Virus record (IMG/VR): IMGVR_UViG_3300048930_001392
Coordinates: 1 to 52,450 of that record
Length of the DNA stretch: 52,450 bases
Direction: 5' to 3' (one strand)
Source: a virus
Taxonomy: Duplodnaviria; Caudoviricetes
The translations under genes were made by a program, and so were the position numbers. The notes under the pieces are model-generated. The model searched no databases, was not told the origin of the DNA, and worked only from the letters and a program-made list of their open reading frames with translations. Positions 34,726 to 43,707 of the stretch are shown piece by piece (the stretch's first letter is position 1; each line of letters opens with the position of its first letter).

Positions 34726-35304
34726 ATGCCCACGCCCTTGTTGCCCCTTCCCATTTCAACCGCGGTGGCCGTCAGCAAGATCATCCGGCCGGCGCTGAAG
34801 CTGTTGCCGCCGGTGATGACTTCAGCCGCCGCCATGGTGGCGATCCTTGCCATCTTCCTGCAGGAATCGAACCTGGCACACCGCTGGCAGGTCATCGATG
34901 CACGCCAGCCAGGCCGCAAAGGCCCGGCACGTGGACTGGGCCAATTCGAGAAAGGCACCAAGGCCAGCCGTGGTGGCGTGTGGGGCGTGTATCTGCATGC
35001 GTCCAGCCGTTACTGGCTGGCGCAGGTGTGCGAAAAGCTGGGCGTGGAATTCCACCCGGCCGCCATCTGGGCTGCGCTTGAAAGCAACGACGCGCTGGCC
35101 GTGTGTGTGTCGCGGTTGCTGCTGTTCACTGACCCCAAGCCGTTGCCGGCAGTTGGCGATGAGGAAGCCGCGTTCCAGTATTACCTGCGCAACTGGCGGC
35201 CAGGCGCGTACACGCGTGGCAATGCGGCGCAGCGGGCAGACTTGCGTGCCAAGTGGGCGCGGAATTATCGCTACGCCCTTACTGCCGTGCAGGCCGCGGG
35301 ATGA
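34726..35304 (+). CDS. Endolysin (lysozyme-like fold)
   Basis: 'QESNLAHRWQ...GPARGLGQFE...GGV...YLRNWRPG' pattern; heads the holin/spanin cluster. Confidence 0.75.
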   Translation: MPTPLLPLPISTAVAVSKIIRPALKLLPPVMTSAAAMVAILAIFLQESNLAHRWQVIDARQPGRKGPARGLGQFEKGTKASRGGVWGVYLHASSRYWLAQVCEKLGVEFHPAAIWAALESNDALAVCVSRLLLFTDPKPLPAVGDEEAAFQYYLRNWRPGAYTRGNAAQRADLRAKWARNYRYALTAVQAAG

Positions 35305-35747
35305 ACCGTGTCGACTACGCCGATGCGCTCGCGTCGCTGATGGGCGCCATTGCCATCACCAGTTGGCCGGGCATCGATGCGGTGATCAAGATCCCCATTC
35401 TGGGCATTCCGATTGCGGCACTGGCCGCGGCGATGCTGGGTTCCGGTTTCAGCTACCTGTCACGCAAAGGGCAGGACGTGGAAGCCATCCCGTTGCGCCT
35501 GTTCGGCATAGCCGCCGATGCGTTCCTGGGCGGGTGGATTGCGGTGGCGTTGTTCCATGCCACGCCCATGGCGCAGTACGGCGTGCAAGCCATGCCCATT
35601 GAAGCCATCGCAGGGTTGTGCGCCTTCCTGATGCAGGTGACGCGGCAAAAGACCGCCCATTATTTTGAGCGAATGTTCCAGGCGGGGTTGAACGCCTGGG
35701 TAGGTTTCACCACCAGGGGGAAAACGGACGGAGAAGCGCCGCCATGA
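35301..35747 (+). CDS. Holin-like membrane protein
   Basis: 3-4 hydrophobic segments; ATGA-coupled to the endolysin. Confidence 0.6.
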   Translation: MNRVDYADALASLMGAIAITSWPGIDAVIKIPILGIPIAALAAAMLGSGFSYLSRKGQDVEAIPLRLFGIAADAFLGGWIAVALFHATPMAQYGVQAMPIEAIAGLCAFLMQVTRQKTAHYFERMFQAGLNAWVGFTTRGKTDGEAPP

Positions 35748-36121
35748 CCCTGTTGCTGATGCTGTTGAATGCCGCTGCGTGCTTTGCGATTTTCTGGAGC
35801 ACCGGCACCTTCCTGTTGGCACGCGATCGCGCCACGTGCGTGCGTCACCTGATGACGCAGGTGGGTCTGTTGTTTGCCATGGTGGGCGCGTTTGCCACCG
35901 GGCTCGCACCGTTCGTGGATACGGCAGTGCCGGAATGGTGGGTGGTGGTGCTGTTGATCGGCGTGGGCACAGTCGCGCTGACCCAGTACGACAAAGTGTT
36001 CGGAATCGCTGCACAGTTCCGCAACGTGGTGAACCGCGTGCACATGCTGCCGGCGGTGCTGCAGGCGTGGTGGGCGGAACGCATGGCGATCGCGCACAAG
36101 CATGCCAAGGGCAAGCGGTGA
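35744..36121 (+). CDS. Second holin/antiholin-like membrane protein
   Basis: Three TM segments and a basic C-terminus. Confidence 0.6.
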   Translation: MTLLLMLLNAAACFAIFWSTGTFLLARDRATCVRHLMTQVGLLFAMVGAFATGLAPFVDTAVPEWWVVVLLIGVGTVALTQYDKVFGIAAQFRNVVNRVHMLPAVLQAWWAERMAIAHKHAKGKR

Positions 36122-36240
36122 TCTACGGCGCACCCAGCCAAGACGCGCTGGGCGTGGTGCTGTTTGTGGTCGCGGCGATAGTGCTTTGGCTGGTGGTTGA
36201 ACTGATCGATGAGGCCTACGGCGAAGATGATGACGAATAG
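36118..36240 (+). CDS. 40-aa single-TM peptide in the lysis cassette
   Basis: GTGA-coupled; MIYGAPSQDALGVVLFVVAAIVLWLVVELIDEAYGEDDDE*. Confidence 0.45.
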   Translation: MIYGAPSQDALGVVLFVVAAIVLWLVVELIDEAYGEDDDE

Positions 36241-36619
36241 TTTTGCCGGCATATGGGCTGCGTGGAAGTGGGTGATCATCCTGGCGTTGCTGTTGCTGCT
36301 GTCGATGGTGGTCAACGGCTTCCTGTTCTGGCAATGGGCGCAAGCCAAGCCCGAGTGCAAGGCCGCGACCAGCGGCGCAACGCTGAAAGCCAACGAAGGC
36401 CTGCGCGCTAGCGAAGCGACGCGCGACACCAAGCTGGACAAGGTAACCGCCGACGTGCGCGCCGACACCCAGCAGAAAACCAACGCTACCCAGGACAAGA
36501 CCCATGCACGCGAAGCAATTATTCAAACTGTTGTTGTGCGTGGCGATTGTGTGGCCCCTGTTGGCCTGCCGCCCCTCGATGCCGCCGTCGGTGAAGCCAA
36601 CGCCGCCACTGGTCAGTGA
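36227..36619 (+). CDS. i-spanin (Rz-like)
   Basis: N-terminal TM segment followed by a coiled-coil periplasmic domain. Confidence 0.75.
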   Translation: MMTNSFAGIWAAWKWVIILALLLLLSMVVNGFLFWQWAQAKPECKAATSGATLKANEGLRASEATRDTKLDKVTADVRADTQQKTNATQDKTHAREAIIQTVVVRGDCVAPVGLPPLDAAVGEANAATGQ

Positions 36620-36809
36620 TTGCCTGGTGGTGCCGCAGGGCAGGGTAACGGCGCCGCCGACACCGCCCACACCGTTGACAGATCAGTGGGCGAAACAAAT
36701 GTGGTCGTGGGCGTCCGGCATGATCGGCCTGGTCACCACAGAACGTGAGCAATGGCAGGGTGAACGCGCCTGCATTCGCGGCAAGGTGGAAGCGGGCGCA
36801 GTGCGCTGA
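36504..36809 (+). CDS. o-spanin lipoprotein (Rz1-like), overlapping Rz
   Basis: Lipobox LLAC and a Pro-rich mature part; overlaps the Rz 3' end in another frame. Confidence 0.8.
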   Translation: MHAKQLFKLLLCVAIVWPLLACRPSMPPSVKPTPPLVSDCLVVPQGRVTAPPTPPTPLTDQWAKQMWSWASGMIGLVTTEREQWQGERACIRGKVEAGAVR

Positions 36810-36810
36810 T

Positions 36811-37206
36811 TCAGGGTAAGCGCGGGCAGAACGTGTGCGTGTCGCTGTTGACCCATTCGCCCAGCGCTTGTTTCCAGTCGTCGCCGCGGCGGCCGCGGCC
36901 CAGCGCATACACCAGCTTGACGTTTATATCCGTGCCCTGTGTGGCCGGCAGCATGTCGATCACGGAAAACTGATGGCCCCAGCGCCCATTGATCACCACT
37001 TTGGGTGGCTGGATGGTGGAACCGGCATACGGCGTCAGAACGAATTCGCCATCGGCGAAACACCGGATCACGTTGGCGTTCACCACTTCAAACACAGCGG
37101 ACGGCGGAAGTGTGGACTGGACGGTCACCGTCTTGGGGGCGGCGTGCGCGTAAGGTGCCGCAAGGCACAGTAGTGCGATCACCGTGGTGGAACGAAACGG
37201 CATCAT
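36811..37206 (-). CDS. Exported protein downstream of cI (lysogenic-conversion or exclusion candidate)
   Basis: Signal peptide ending AHA-AP; same strand as, and directly after, the repressor. Confidence 0.6.
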   Translation of the reverse strand: MMPFRSTTVIALLCLAAPYAHAAPKTVTVQSTLPPSAVFEVVNANVIRCFADGEFVLTPYAGSTIQPPKVVINGRWGHQFSVIDMLPATQGTDINVKLVYALGRGRRGDDWKQALGEWVNSDTHTFCPRLP

Positions 37207-37271
37207 CGAATTCCTTGATCAGTCCGCTGACGCTAGCGTGCATTGATGCCGCATGCAATGCGAAGGCAGCG

Positions 37272-37643
37272 TTATAGGTCGCCGCCCAACAGATCCAACA
37301 ACCCTTTGCGTTGTGAACTACTTAACTTTTTGTAGCGCGCCACCAGGGCACGTATGTCGTTCGACTCGATTACGTTGGCGCCATATCGGGCGGCCATTGC
37401 TTCGCCTACACGTTTCCCATCGGGCGACGATTCCACCGTTTCATCCACCAGAAAATCCAGCGTCGCCCCATCGGCTTCGAACAGCCGGCGGATCAATGCC
37501 AGGTTGCCAAGCCCCGGTTCGGCGCGGCCCGTCTCCCATTTCGAAATCGTGGCTTTGGTGACACCAAGTTCAAAGCCGACGCGCTCTTGCGACCACCCAC
37601 GGGCGTCACGGAAGGCTTTCAGGCGGGGGCCGAAGATCGTCAT
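37272..37643 (-). CDS. CI-like Xre HTH repressor, no peptidase domain
   Basis: 'RLKAFRDARGWSQERVGFELGVTKATISKWETG'; 123 aa from ATG 37643. Confidence 0.85.
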   Translation of the reverse strand: MTIFGPRLKAFRDARGWSQERVGFELGVTKATISKWETGRAEPGLGNLALIRRLFEADGATLDFLVDETVESSPDGKRVGEAMAARYGANVIESNDIRALVARYKKLSSSQRKGLLDLLGGDL

Positions 37644-37724
37644 GCCGGCAGTCTGGCAACCCGGGAAACATTTGTCGTTTCCTAGGGGTTGACTTTCAGA
37701 ATATCCGTTTGCGATACTCGCAGC
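37644..37724. promoter_or_regulatory. Divergent immunity promoters
   Basis: Plus strand: TTGACT(37689)-N18-GATACT(37713), 6 nt before ATG 37725. Minus strand: ACGACA-N17-CAGACT, 6 nt before ATG 37643. Confidence 0.65.
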
Positions 37725-37964
37725 ATGTCGAAAACGGAAACCACCGCTGTGTCGCCAACGGACACCCATCCCATCCGGGACGCTCGCATCCGTCATCAGC
37801 TGACGCAGGAAGTGCTGGGCCGGGCCTTGGGCGTCACCAAGGCTACCGTGTCCAAATGGGAACAGGGGCAGGCCTTGCCGGAACCGCCGGTCGCGTTCCG
37901 CCTGGCTGACGCCCTGGACCTGACGCTGGAAGACGTGTACGCCAGCGCGAGGGCGGCCGCCTGA
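37725..37964 (+). CDS. Cro-like HTH regulator
   Basis: 'LTQEVLGRALGVTKATVSKWEQG'; divergent from cI. Confidence 0.85.
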   Translation: MSKTETTAVSPTDTHPIRDARIRHQLTQEVLGRALGVTKATVSKWEQGQALPEPPVAFRLADALDLTLEDVYASARAAA

Positions 37965-38713
37965 TGCGCGCCCTGGGTTACATCCGCGTCAGCACCGCCG
38001 ACCAGGTGGCCAACGGCCACAGTCTGGAACAGCACCGTGACCGCCTGCAGGCGTGGTGCAAGGCCCGCGACCTGCAACTGGTGGACGTAGTGGCCGATGA
38101 AGGCGTCAGCGCCGGCAAGCCGCTGGCCAAGCGCAAGGGCGGGGCAGACCTGCTGGCGCGCATGGCGGCTGGCGATGCGGACGTGGTGGTGGTGATAGCC
38201 ATCGACCGCCTGTTCCGCGACGCGCAGGACGGCTTGAACACGTTGCTGGGGCAGGGCGGGCAGGGCGGGTTGGCGGTGCAGTCCGTCACCGAGCCCATCG
38301 ACACCACCACGGCCATGGGCCGTTTCATCCTGACCATCTGGCTGGCACGCGCGCAGCTGGAACGCGAACAGACCTGCGAACGCAACCTGTCCATCGCCAC
38401 CGGCCTGCGCAAGGCCGCGCGCCCCTACGGCCACACGCCCTACGGCTGCGTGGTGGTGGATGGCCGGCTGTTCCGCGACCCCATCACCTGGCCGAATCGC
38501 GAACTGATCGTGCGGCTGCGCCACAGCCATGGTCTGACCGGTTCGGCCATCTCGGGCGAGTTGTTCGCCCAGGGCATCCCCTCGCCCGAAGGCAATGCCT
38601 ACTGGTCCCCGCGTTCCGTCCTGCGTGTCGTGGATGGCCATGATGGGTTGAACCATATCCCGGCGCTGCCGATCCCTCACGAACCTGCGGTTTCGGAGGC
38701 CGCGCACCCATGA
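37964..38713 (+). CDS. Serine recombinase (resolvase catalytic domain plus short recombinase domain)
   Basis: GYIRVST (Ser10), DEGVSA, IDRLFR, TTTAMGR, AQLERE and PYG motifs. Confidence 0.9.
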   Translation: MRALGYIRVSTADQVANGHSLEQHRDRLQAWCKARDLQLVDVVADEGVSAGKPLAKRKGGADLLARMAAGDADVVVVIAIDRLFRDAQDGLNTLLGQGGQGGLAVQSVTEPIDTTTAMGRFILTIWLARAQLEREQTCERNLSIATGLRKAARPYGHTPYGCVVVDGRLFRDPITWPNRELIVRLRHSHGLTGSAISGELFAQGIPSPEGNAYWSPRSVLRVVDGHDGLNHIPALPIPHEPAVSEAAHP

Positions 38714-38958
38714 ACATCCAACGCATCCCGTACACCGCCGAAGCCATGCTGGTTCCGGAAGCCGCCGCAACGGTGGCGCGCCTGAACCACGAAATCGCCG
38801 TGCTGCGCGAAGCTCGAGAATGCGTCACCGACACGTCCACGCCGGATGCCATCTACGGCCGCGTGGACAGCCTGATCAGTGAACGCCAGGACCAGGTGAT
38901 CGCCGTGTTCCAGCGCGCACGCGGCGACGAACTGCAGCAGGTGCACGCACGTGGATAA
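38710..38958 (+). CDS. Hypothetical early protein
   Basis: ATGA-coupled. Confidence 0.55.
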   Translation: MNIQRIPYTAEAMLVPEAAATVARLNHEIAVLREARECVTDTSTPDAIYGRVDSLISERQDQVIAVFQRARGDELQQVHARG

Positions 38959-39556
38959 GCGCCCCGCACGCAGTCACATCATCGGCACCCTGATCACCAA
39001 CGCGGTGCTGCAGGCCCGCTTGAAGTGGAACGAATACGCCGCCGCCGTGGTGCAGCACTACCACGACATGACGGCGCTGGAAGATCGCGTGGTGGAATTC
39101 CACGTGGCCAGCACGTCGGAGAATTTCGACAGCTGCGCACGGCTGAACACGCAGACGGTCAAGCGCATCCTGTCCGGTGAAATCCGCATGTGCGTGGATA
39201 TCGAGGAATCATTGATCGCGGCGCTGCCCGATCAATTCCGCGATCACCTGTTGTCCCAGTTGCTGGCGCGTGATGGCCTGCTGCTGGCCCGCCGGCCACC
39301 GGCCGCGCATGACGTGGTGGGGCAGATGGCCACGCCGTGCGACCTATTGCGCGCCACCGCCGGTGCCGTGGAACGCATCATGCCCATGCTGGCAGACGGC
39401 AAAGGCATAGGCCCGGAAGACGCGCCGCACTTCGCCGCCGCCATGCACGGCATCAACCAGGTCATGGGCGCGTGCATCACCTTGAATGCACAGATCGCCG
39501 TGGCCGTGGGCAATGTGCCTGGCAATGCGCGCCCCACGCTGAAGGCGGTGCACTGA
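38951..39556 (+). CDS. Early protein, possibly a CII-like regulator
   Basis: C-terminal 'LADG..GPED' helical pattern as in P2/186 CII- and YmfL-like proteins; position in the early operon. Confidence 0.45.
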   Translation: MDKRPARSHIIGTLITNAVLQARLKWNEYAAAVVQHYHDMTALEDRVVEFHVASTSENFDSCARLNTQTVKRILSGEIRMCVDIEESLIAALPDQFRDHLLSQLLARDGLLLARRPPAAHDVVGQMATPCDLLRATAGAVERIMPMLADGKGIGPEDAPHFAAAMHGINQVMGACITLNAQIAVAVGNVPGNARPTLKAVH

Positions 39557-39777
39557 TGACCGAACAGGTCGCCAGCAAGTGGCTGTCGTGGTTCGCCGCG
39601 CCCGTGCCCGGCGCGCACGACTGGCGCGTGTGCCGGTTCGAGCGGGTCACCGAAGAGGGCACGCCCATCGGCAAGGCGCTGGTGTCGCTGTCGCCCGCCA
39701 ACCAGATGCGCACGTTCAAGACCGAAGCGGCGGCGAACCGCGCGGCGCAGTGGTTGAACTTCGAGGAAGGCCGCTGA
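39556..39777 (+). CDS. Hypothetical early protein
   Basis: TGATG-coupled at both ends. Confidence 0.55.
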   Translation: MTEQVASKWLSWFAAPVPGAHDWRVCRFERVTEEGTPIGKALVSLSPANQMRTFKTEAAANRAAQWLNFEEGR

Positions 39778-40052
39778 TGCGCGACATGCACATCACCAAG
39801 TTTGAATCGTGCTGCCGGTACGCGGGTTTCAACCCGGTGCCGGAACACAAGGTGTTCGTTTCGCAAGACGGGTTGCTGCGTGTGCCCGCCGTTCTGGAAA
39901 AACACGCCGTCAACGGTAGCCGCATCAATCGCCGCGCCAGCCTGAAGTTGTTGCTGGCGGCACGCAAGGAAGTCGATTCACCCGCTGCAAAAAGCGAAGC
40001 CACCGGCGCGTCAACGCCGATGGCTTCAGTGACCCAACCCGACAAAGGATAA
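39777..40052 (+). CDS. Hypothetical early protein
   Basis: TGATG-coupled start. Confidence 0.5.
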   Translation: MRDMHITKFESCCRYAGFNPVPEHKVFVSQDGLLRVPAVLEKHAVNGSRINRRASLKLLLAARKEVDSPAAKSEATGASTPMASVTQPDKG

Positions 40053-40057
40053 AGGAC

Positions 40058-40294
40058 ATGCAACAGTGCAACACAGGCGGCAGCGTGCCGCAAGCCCCGC
40101 ACTTCCCCAAGGTCAGCCACCGTTTGCTGGTGCGCGTCAACGCCAGGCGTGACGCGCAGCGCCGTGGCGTGGCGCCCGGTGCTGCCGTCCACGCGGCCGA
40201 CAGCACGTACCGCGCCACGTGCGGTGACCGGTTCGCGGCGCGCCGTGCCGCGTGGGACATGGTGGACGCGCTGCGCGGGCAGGTGAAGGCATGA
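40058..40294 (+). CDS. Hypothetical early protein
   Basis: SD AAGGA; ATGA-coupled to rdgC. Confidence 0.5.
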   Translation: MQQCNTGGSVPQAPHFPKVSHRLLVRVNARRDAQRRGVAPGAAVHAADSTYRATCGDRFAARRAAWDMVDALRGQVKA

Positions 40295-41250
40295 ACGTCT
40301 TCCGCAATGCAACGTTTTTTCGTTTCCCGGTGTCGGTGTCGCATGCCTTCGTGGCTACCGAATCGCACGGCCACCAGTCGTTCGAAATGGTGGAGCCCCA
40401 CGCCATCGCCCTGCTGCAGGATTGCACTCTGAAGCCCGTAGGTCCGCTGGAAATGTCGTCGCGCGGCTTCGTCTCGCCGTATGGCCAGGGTGATGACCGG
40501 TTGGCCATGATGCACGGCGATTTCGTCGGGCTCACGGTGGCCGGTGAAGACAAGATCCTGCCGCCGTCCGTGGTCAACCGCTTGCTGTCGGAAAAGCTGA
40601 TCGCCATCGAGGAACGCGAAGGTCGCAAGCCCGGTGTCCGCACACGCAAGCGCATCAAGGAAGACCTGGTGCACGAACTGCTGCCCAAGGCGCTGGTGAA
40701 GCCGTCGCGCATCGACGTGCTGCTGGACTTGAAGCGCGGGTTTATCGCGGTGGACACCGCCAGCCGCAAGCAAGCGGAATCGGTGGTCAGCCAGATCCGT
40801 CACGCGCTGGGCAGTTTCCCTGCGCTGGCGCTGAATGCGGAAGCGTCGCCGCGCCTGGTGATGACCGGGTGGCTGGCGGGCGAACCTTTGCCGGACGGCA
40901 TCGCCGTGGGCGACTGCGCCACACTGAAAGACGCAGCCGATCACGGCGGGACGGTGAAGCTGCAGGACGTGGATCTGTCGGGCGCGGAAGTGGTGCAGCA
41001 CCTGGAAGCGGGCAAGCAGGTGGCACGCCTGGAACTGCACCACGATGCCGACATCACGTTCACGCTGGGCGAAGACCTGGTGTTGCGCAAGCTGTCATTC
41101 GGCAGCGGGCTGTGGAATCAGCTGGAAGGCACCGAACGCGAAGACCTGGCGGCCGAACTGGATGCGCGCTTCGTGGTGCTATCCGCCGCCATCGGTGGAT
41201 TGTTCGACGTGCTGGAACAGGCGTTGACGATCAGCAAGGCGGAGGGTTGA
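40291..41250 (+). CDS. rdgC: Recombination-associated protein RdgC
   Basis: 'FRNATFFRF...GPLEMSSRGFVSP...EDKILPPSVV...ELLPKA...ELDARF' pattern. Confidence 0.92.
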   Translation: MNVFRNATFFRFPVSVSHAFVATESHGHQSFEMVEPHAIALLQDCTLKPVGPLEMSSRGFVSPYGQGDDRLAMMHGDFVGLTVAGEDKILPPSVVNRLLSEKLIAIEEREGRKPGVRTRKRIKEDLVHELLPKALVKPSRIDVLLDLKRGFIAVDTASRKQAESVVSQIRHALGSFPALALNAEASPRLVMTGWLAGEPLPDGIAVGDCATLKDAADHGGTVKLQDVDLSGAEVVQHLEAGKQVARLELHHDADITFTLGEDLVLRKLSFGSGLWNQLEGTEREDLAAELDARFVVLSAAIGGLFDVLEQALTISKAEG

Positions 41251-41253
41251 GCG

Positions 41254-41841
41254 ATGCACGCACCCGAATCGCTTGCGTTCGTAGTGAAACTGCCGATTGC
41301 GCCTGGCCGGTCGATACCGCTTTTCGATATCTGGCACATCGACCCATGCCGTGGGTCTAGCGATGATTCATGCGGGTGGACGTACCCACGACTGACGGAC
41401 AAGCAACGCCAGGCGATGCGTGACCTAGGGTTCTGGGAATCACGCGAGCGCCATTTCCTGCGCTATCCGTTCAAGAAATACACCGCCGACGTGGCCGACC
41501 GCGAAACGCTCTATCGTGGCCTGGTGCTGCTGGTGGCGCGTGTCCTGCACTTGAACGTGTCATATGAGCACGCGGCCAAGATGGCAGCCGAGCGATTCGC
41601 AGTCGGCGGATGCGACGGACTGGATGGCACGTTCTGCTGGCTTCCCGGGTATCACTCCAATTCGCAGGAAGACCGCCTGGACGACCGCGCTCACCATTGG
41701 GCCGGAATCTGCGGCGGAATTGCGCGGGAGTTGCTGCGTGCAAAGCGGCGCTGGTGGCAGCATCCAAGGTGGCACGTGCATCACTGGAAAATCCAGTGGA
41801 CGTTCGTTCGCAGTTTCAGCCGTGCGCGGGGTGCCGCATGA
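41254..41841 (+). CDS. Hypothetical protein (Trp/His-rich C-terminus)
   Basis: 'IWHIDP...DDSCGW' and 'WWQHPRWHVHHWKIQ'; ATGA-coupled to recombinase 2. Confidence 0.6.
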   Translation: MHAPESLAFVVKLPIAPGRSIPLFDIWHIDPCRGSSDDSCGWTYPRLTDKQRQAMRDLGFWESRERHFLRYPFKKYTADVADRETLYRGLVLLVARVLHLNVSYEHAAKMAAERFAVGGCDGLDGTFCWLPGYHSNSQEDRLDDRAHHWAGICGGIARELLRAKRRWWQHPRWHVHHWKIQWTFVRSFSRARGAA

Positions 41842-42797
41842 ACGTCACCCGCATCCGCCCCGTCGACGGCATCCCCGGTGACTTGACCCTGCTGATCGCG
41901 CAGTACCTGCAGCACCGCGCCTTCCGTGGCGCCGCACGCAACACCGTGCTGGCCTACGGCGACGACCTGAAGCGCATGGCCGCGTTCATGGCCCGCGCCG
42001 ACGTCACCCTGGTGCAGCTGGTCAGCGAACGCCTGTTGAACCGCTGGCTGGATGACGGCCTGCAGCACCACCAGTGGAGCCTGCGCACCGCCGCACGTCG
42101 CCTGGCCGCCGTGCATATGTTCCTGTCCTGGTGCCGCGGCGAAGGCTACGTGGACCATGACGCCACCCAGCACGTGAAGATCCGCTTCCGCCCGCGCACC
42201 GTGGTGGCGCCGGAACTGGAACCGCTGAAGGACGTGATCACCGGCATCGGCACCACGCTGGCCATCGACCTGCGCGATCGCGCCATCCTGCTGCTGCTGC
42301 TGGACACCGCCCTGCGTGCCGGCGAAATCGCGCTACTGGACGCGCCAGGGCAGGGCAGTGGGCGCTACACCGCCGACCTGCGCCGCCAGCAGCTGCGCGT
42401 GCGGCCCAAGGGCGGCACGGACGCCGACGTGGACGTGCTGGGCATGGAGGAACAGACCGTGGCCGCGCTGTCCGCCTGGCTGCGCGTGCGCGGGCAGATG
42501 GCACGTGACGGTGAGGCGGCCCTGTTCGTAAATCAGAACGGCACCCGCTTCACCCGCCAGAGCCTGTACGTGATGGTGCGCCAGCGCGGTGCAGACGCGG
42601 GCCTACCCAAGTTGCACCCGCATCTGTTCCGCCATCGCCGTATCGGCGACATCGTGGAAAAGCTGGGCCTGCGCGCCGGCAGTGCCCACGCTCGCCACCG
42701 CCAGGTGTCCACCACCGCCAACGTCTATGGCGCGCACGCCGCGGAAGTCACGCGGCAGGCCATCCGCACGTTGGCCCCACTGGGAGCGCTGACATGA
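41838..42797 (+). CDS. Tyrosine recombinase 2 (XerC/D-like)
   Basis: NTVLAY..DL and TAARRLAAV N-terminal domain; TALRAGE, PKGG, HLFRH and ARH...TTANVY catalytic motifs. Confidence 0.9.
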   Translation: MNVTRIRPVDGIPGDLTLLIAQYLQHRAFRGAARNTVLAYGDDLKRMAAFMARADVTLVQLVSERLLNRWLDDGLQHHQWSLRTAARRLAAVHMFLSWCRGEGYVDHDATQHVKIRFRPRTVVAPELEPLKDVITGIGTTLAIDLRDRAILLLLLDTALRAGEIALLDAPGQGSGRYTADLRRQQLRVRPKGGTDADVDVLGMEEQTVAALSAWLRVRGQMARDGEAALFVNQNGTRFTRQSLYVMVRQRGADAGLPKLHPHLFRHRRIGDIVEKLGLRAGSAHARHRQVSTTANVYGAHAAEVTRQAIRTLAPLGALT

Positions 42798-43060
42798 CCC
42801 AACGCATGGTGTCCCATCCGTTCGCCTTGCCGCAATGCAGGGCAGGGCACAACGCCCGCCACATCCACGATGCACGCCAGGCCAGTGCCGGTGGTGGCCA
42901 CCTGGTGGAATGCGCCTGCAGCACCACCAGCAAGCACGTGGAATTCGACGATGCCCTGGGCGAGTGGTGCCGCACGCAGGGCAAGCCGTTGCCCGTGCAG
43001 GAAGCCCCGCCAGCACCGGTGACCAACGTCACCCCGATGAGGGCACGCACATGGCCCTGA
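42794..43060 (+). CDS. Small putative Zn-binding protein
   Basis: CxxxH...CxC; ATGA-coupled to recombinase 2. Confidence 0.55.
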   Translation: MTQRMVSHPFALPQCRAGHNARHIHDARQASAGGGHLVECACSTTSKHVEFDDALGEWCRTQGKPLPVQEAPPAPVTNVTPMRARTWP

Positions 43061-43707
43061 CCCAGCTGCAAACCGATGCGATCGTACTCGCCAAGCGGGG
43101 TGACTTTGCCTTGCTGGATGCGATGGAACTGGAGCATCGCCTGAAGAATGACCACGACGTGGTGTGCGGCTATCTGGTCGGTGGTCGCTTGCGCCTGTTT
43201 TCCCTAGGCAACCGGGAAAACTGCCTTTGCGAAAACTGCGATGGAACCTGCGACATCGAATGCAGCGAATGCAAGGGCGGCACCATCGACTGCGAGGAAT
43301 GCGCGGACGACGACGATCACTGCGTGAAGTGCACCGCGTGCGAAGGCGAAGGGTGCGGTGAATGCGTCGACGGCAAGTTGGCATGCCCGGAATGCACCGG
43401 TACCGGCGTCGTCGATTGCGAGGTATGCGACGGGGTTGGCACGCAGGAATGCGAGGACTGCGAAGGCACCGGACTGGGCGAGTTCGATCCGCACTGTAAC
43501 GAACACGACGTGGTGAATCTCGACGGCCGCGTGGTGTGGAGTCAAGGCGATGACGCACCCAACCCGACTGAAGGTGCCCGGCAGGTAGGCCGGTCATGGG
43601 CCGACAGCGTGATGACGCCTTACCACGCCAAACAAAAAGAACAGGCGGCTACGCCCGCCCAACCTATCCAGACCCCTTTGATCCCGGAGAACTATTCATG
43701 CGCGTAA
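43051..43707 (+). CDS. Multi-CxxC zinc-finger protein (DnaJ-like CxxCxGxG repeats)
   Basis: At least eight CxxC pairs, several followed by xGxG; no J domain. Confidence 0.7.
   Translation: MALTQLQTDAIVLAKRGDFALLDAMELEHRLKNDHDVVCGYLVGGRLRLFSLGNRENCLCENCDGTCDIECSECKGGTIDCEECADDDDHCVKCTACEGEGCGECVDGKLACPECTGTGVVDCEVCDGVGTQECEDCEGTGLGEFDPHCNEHDVVNLDGRVVWSQGDDAPNPTEGARQVGRSWADSVMTPYHAKQKEQAATPAQPIQTPLIPENYSCA

Noticed and set aside
27635-38713. Gin/Cin-type tail-fibre inversion system
   Set aside because: No inverted alternative fibre ends or flanking crossover repeats were seen, and the serine recombinase is in the early operon.
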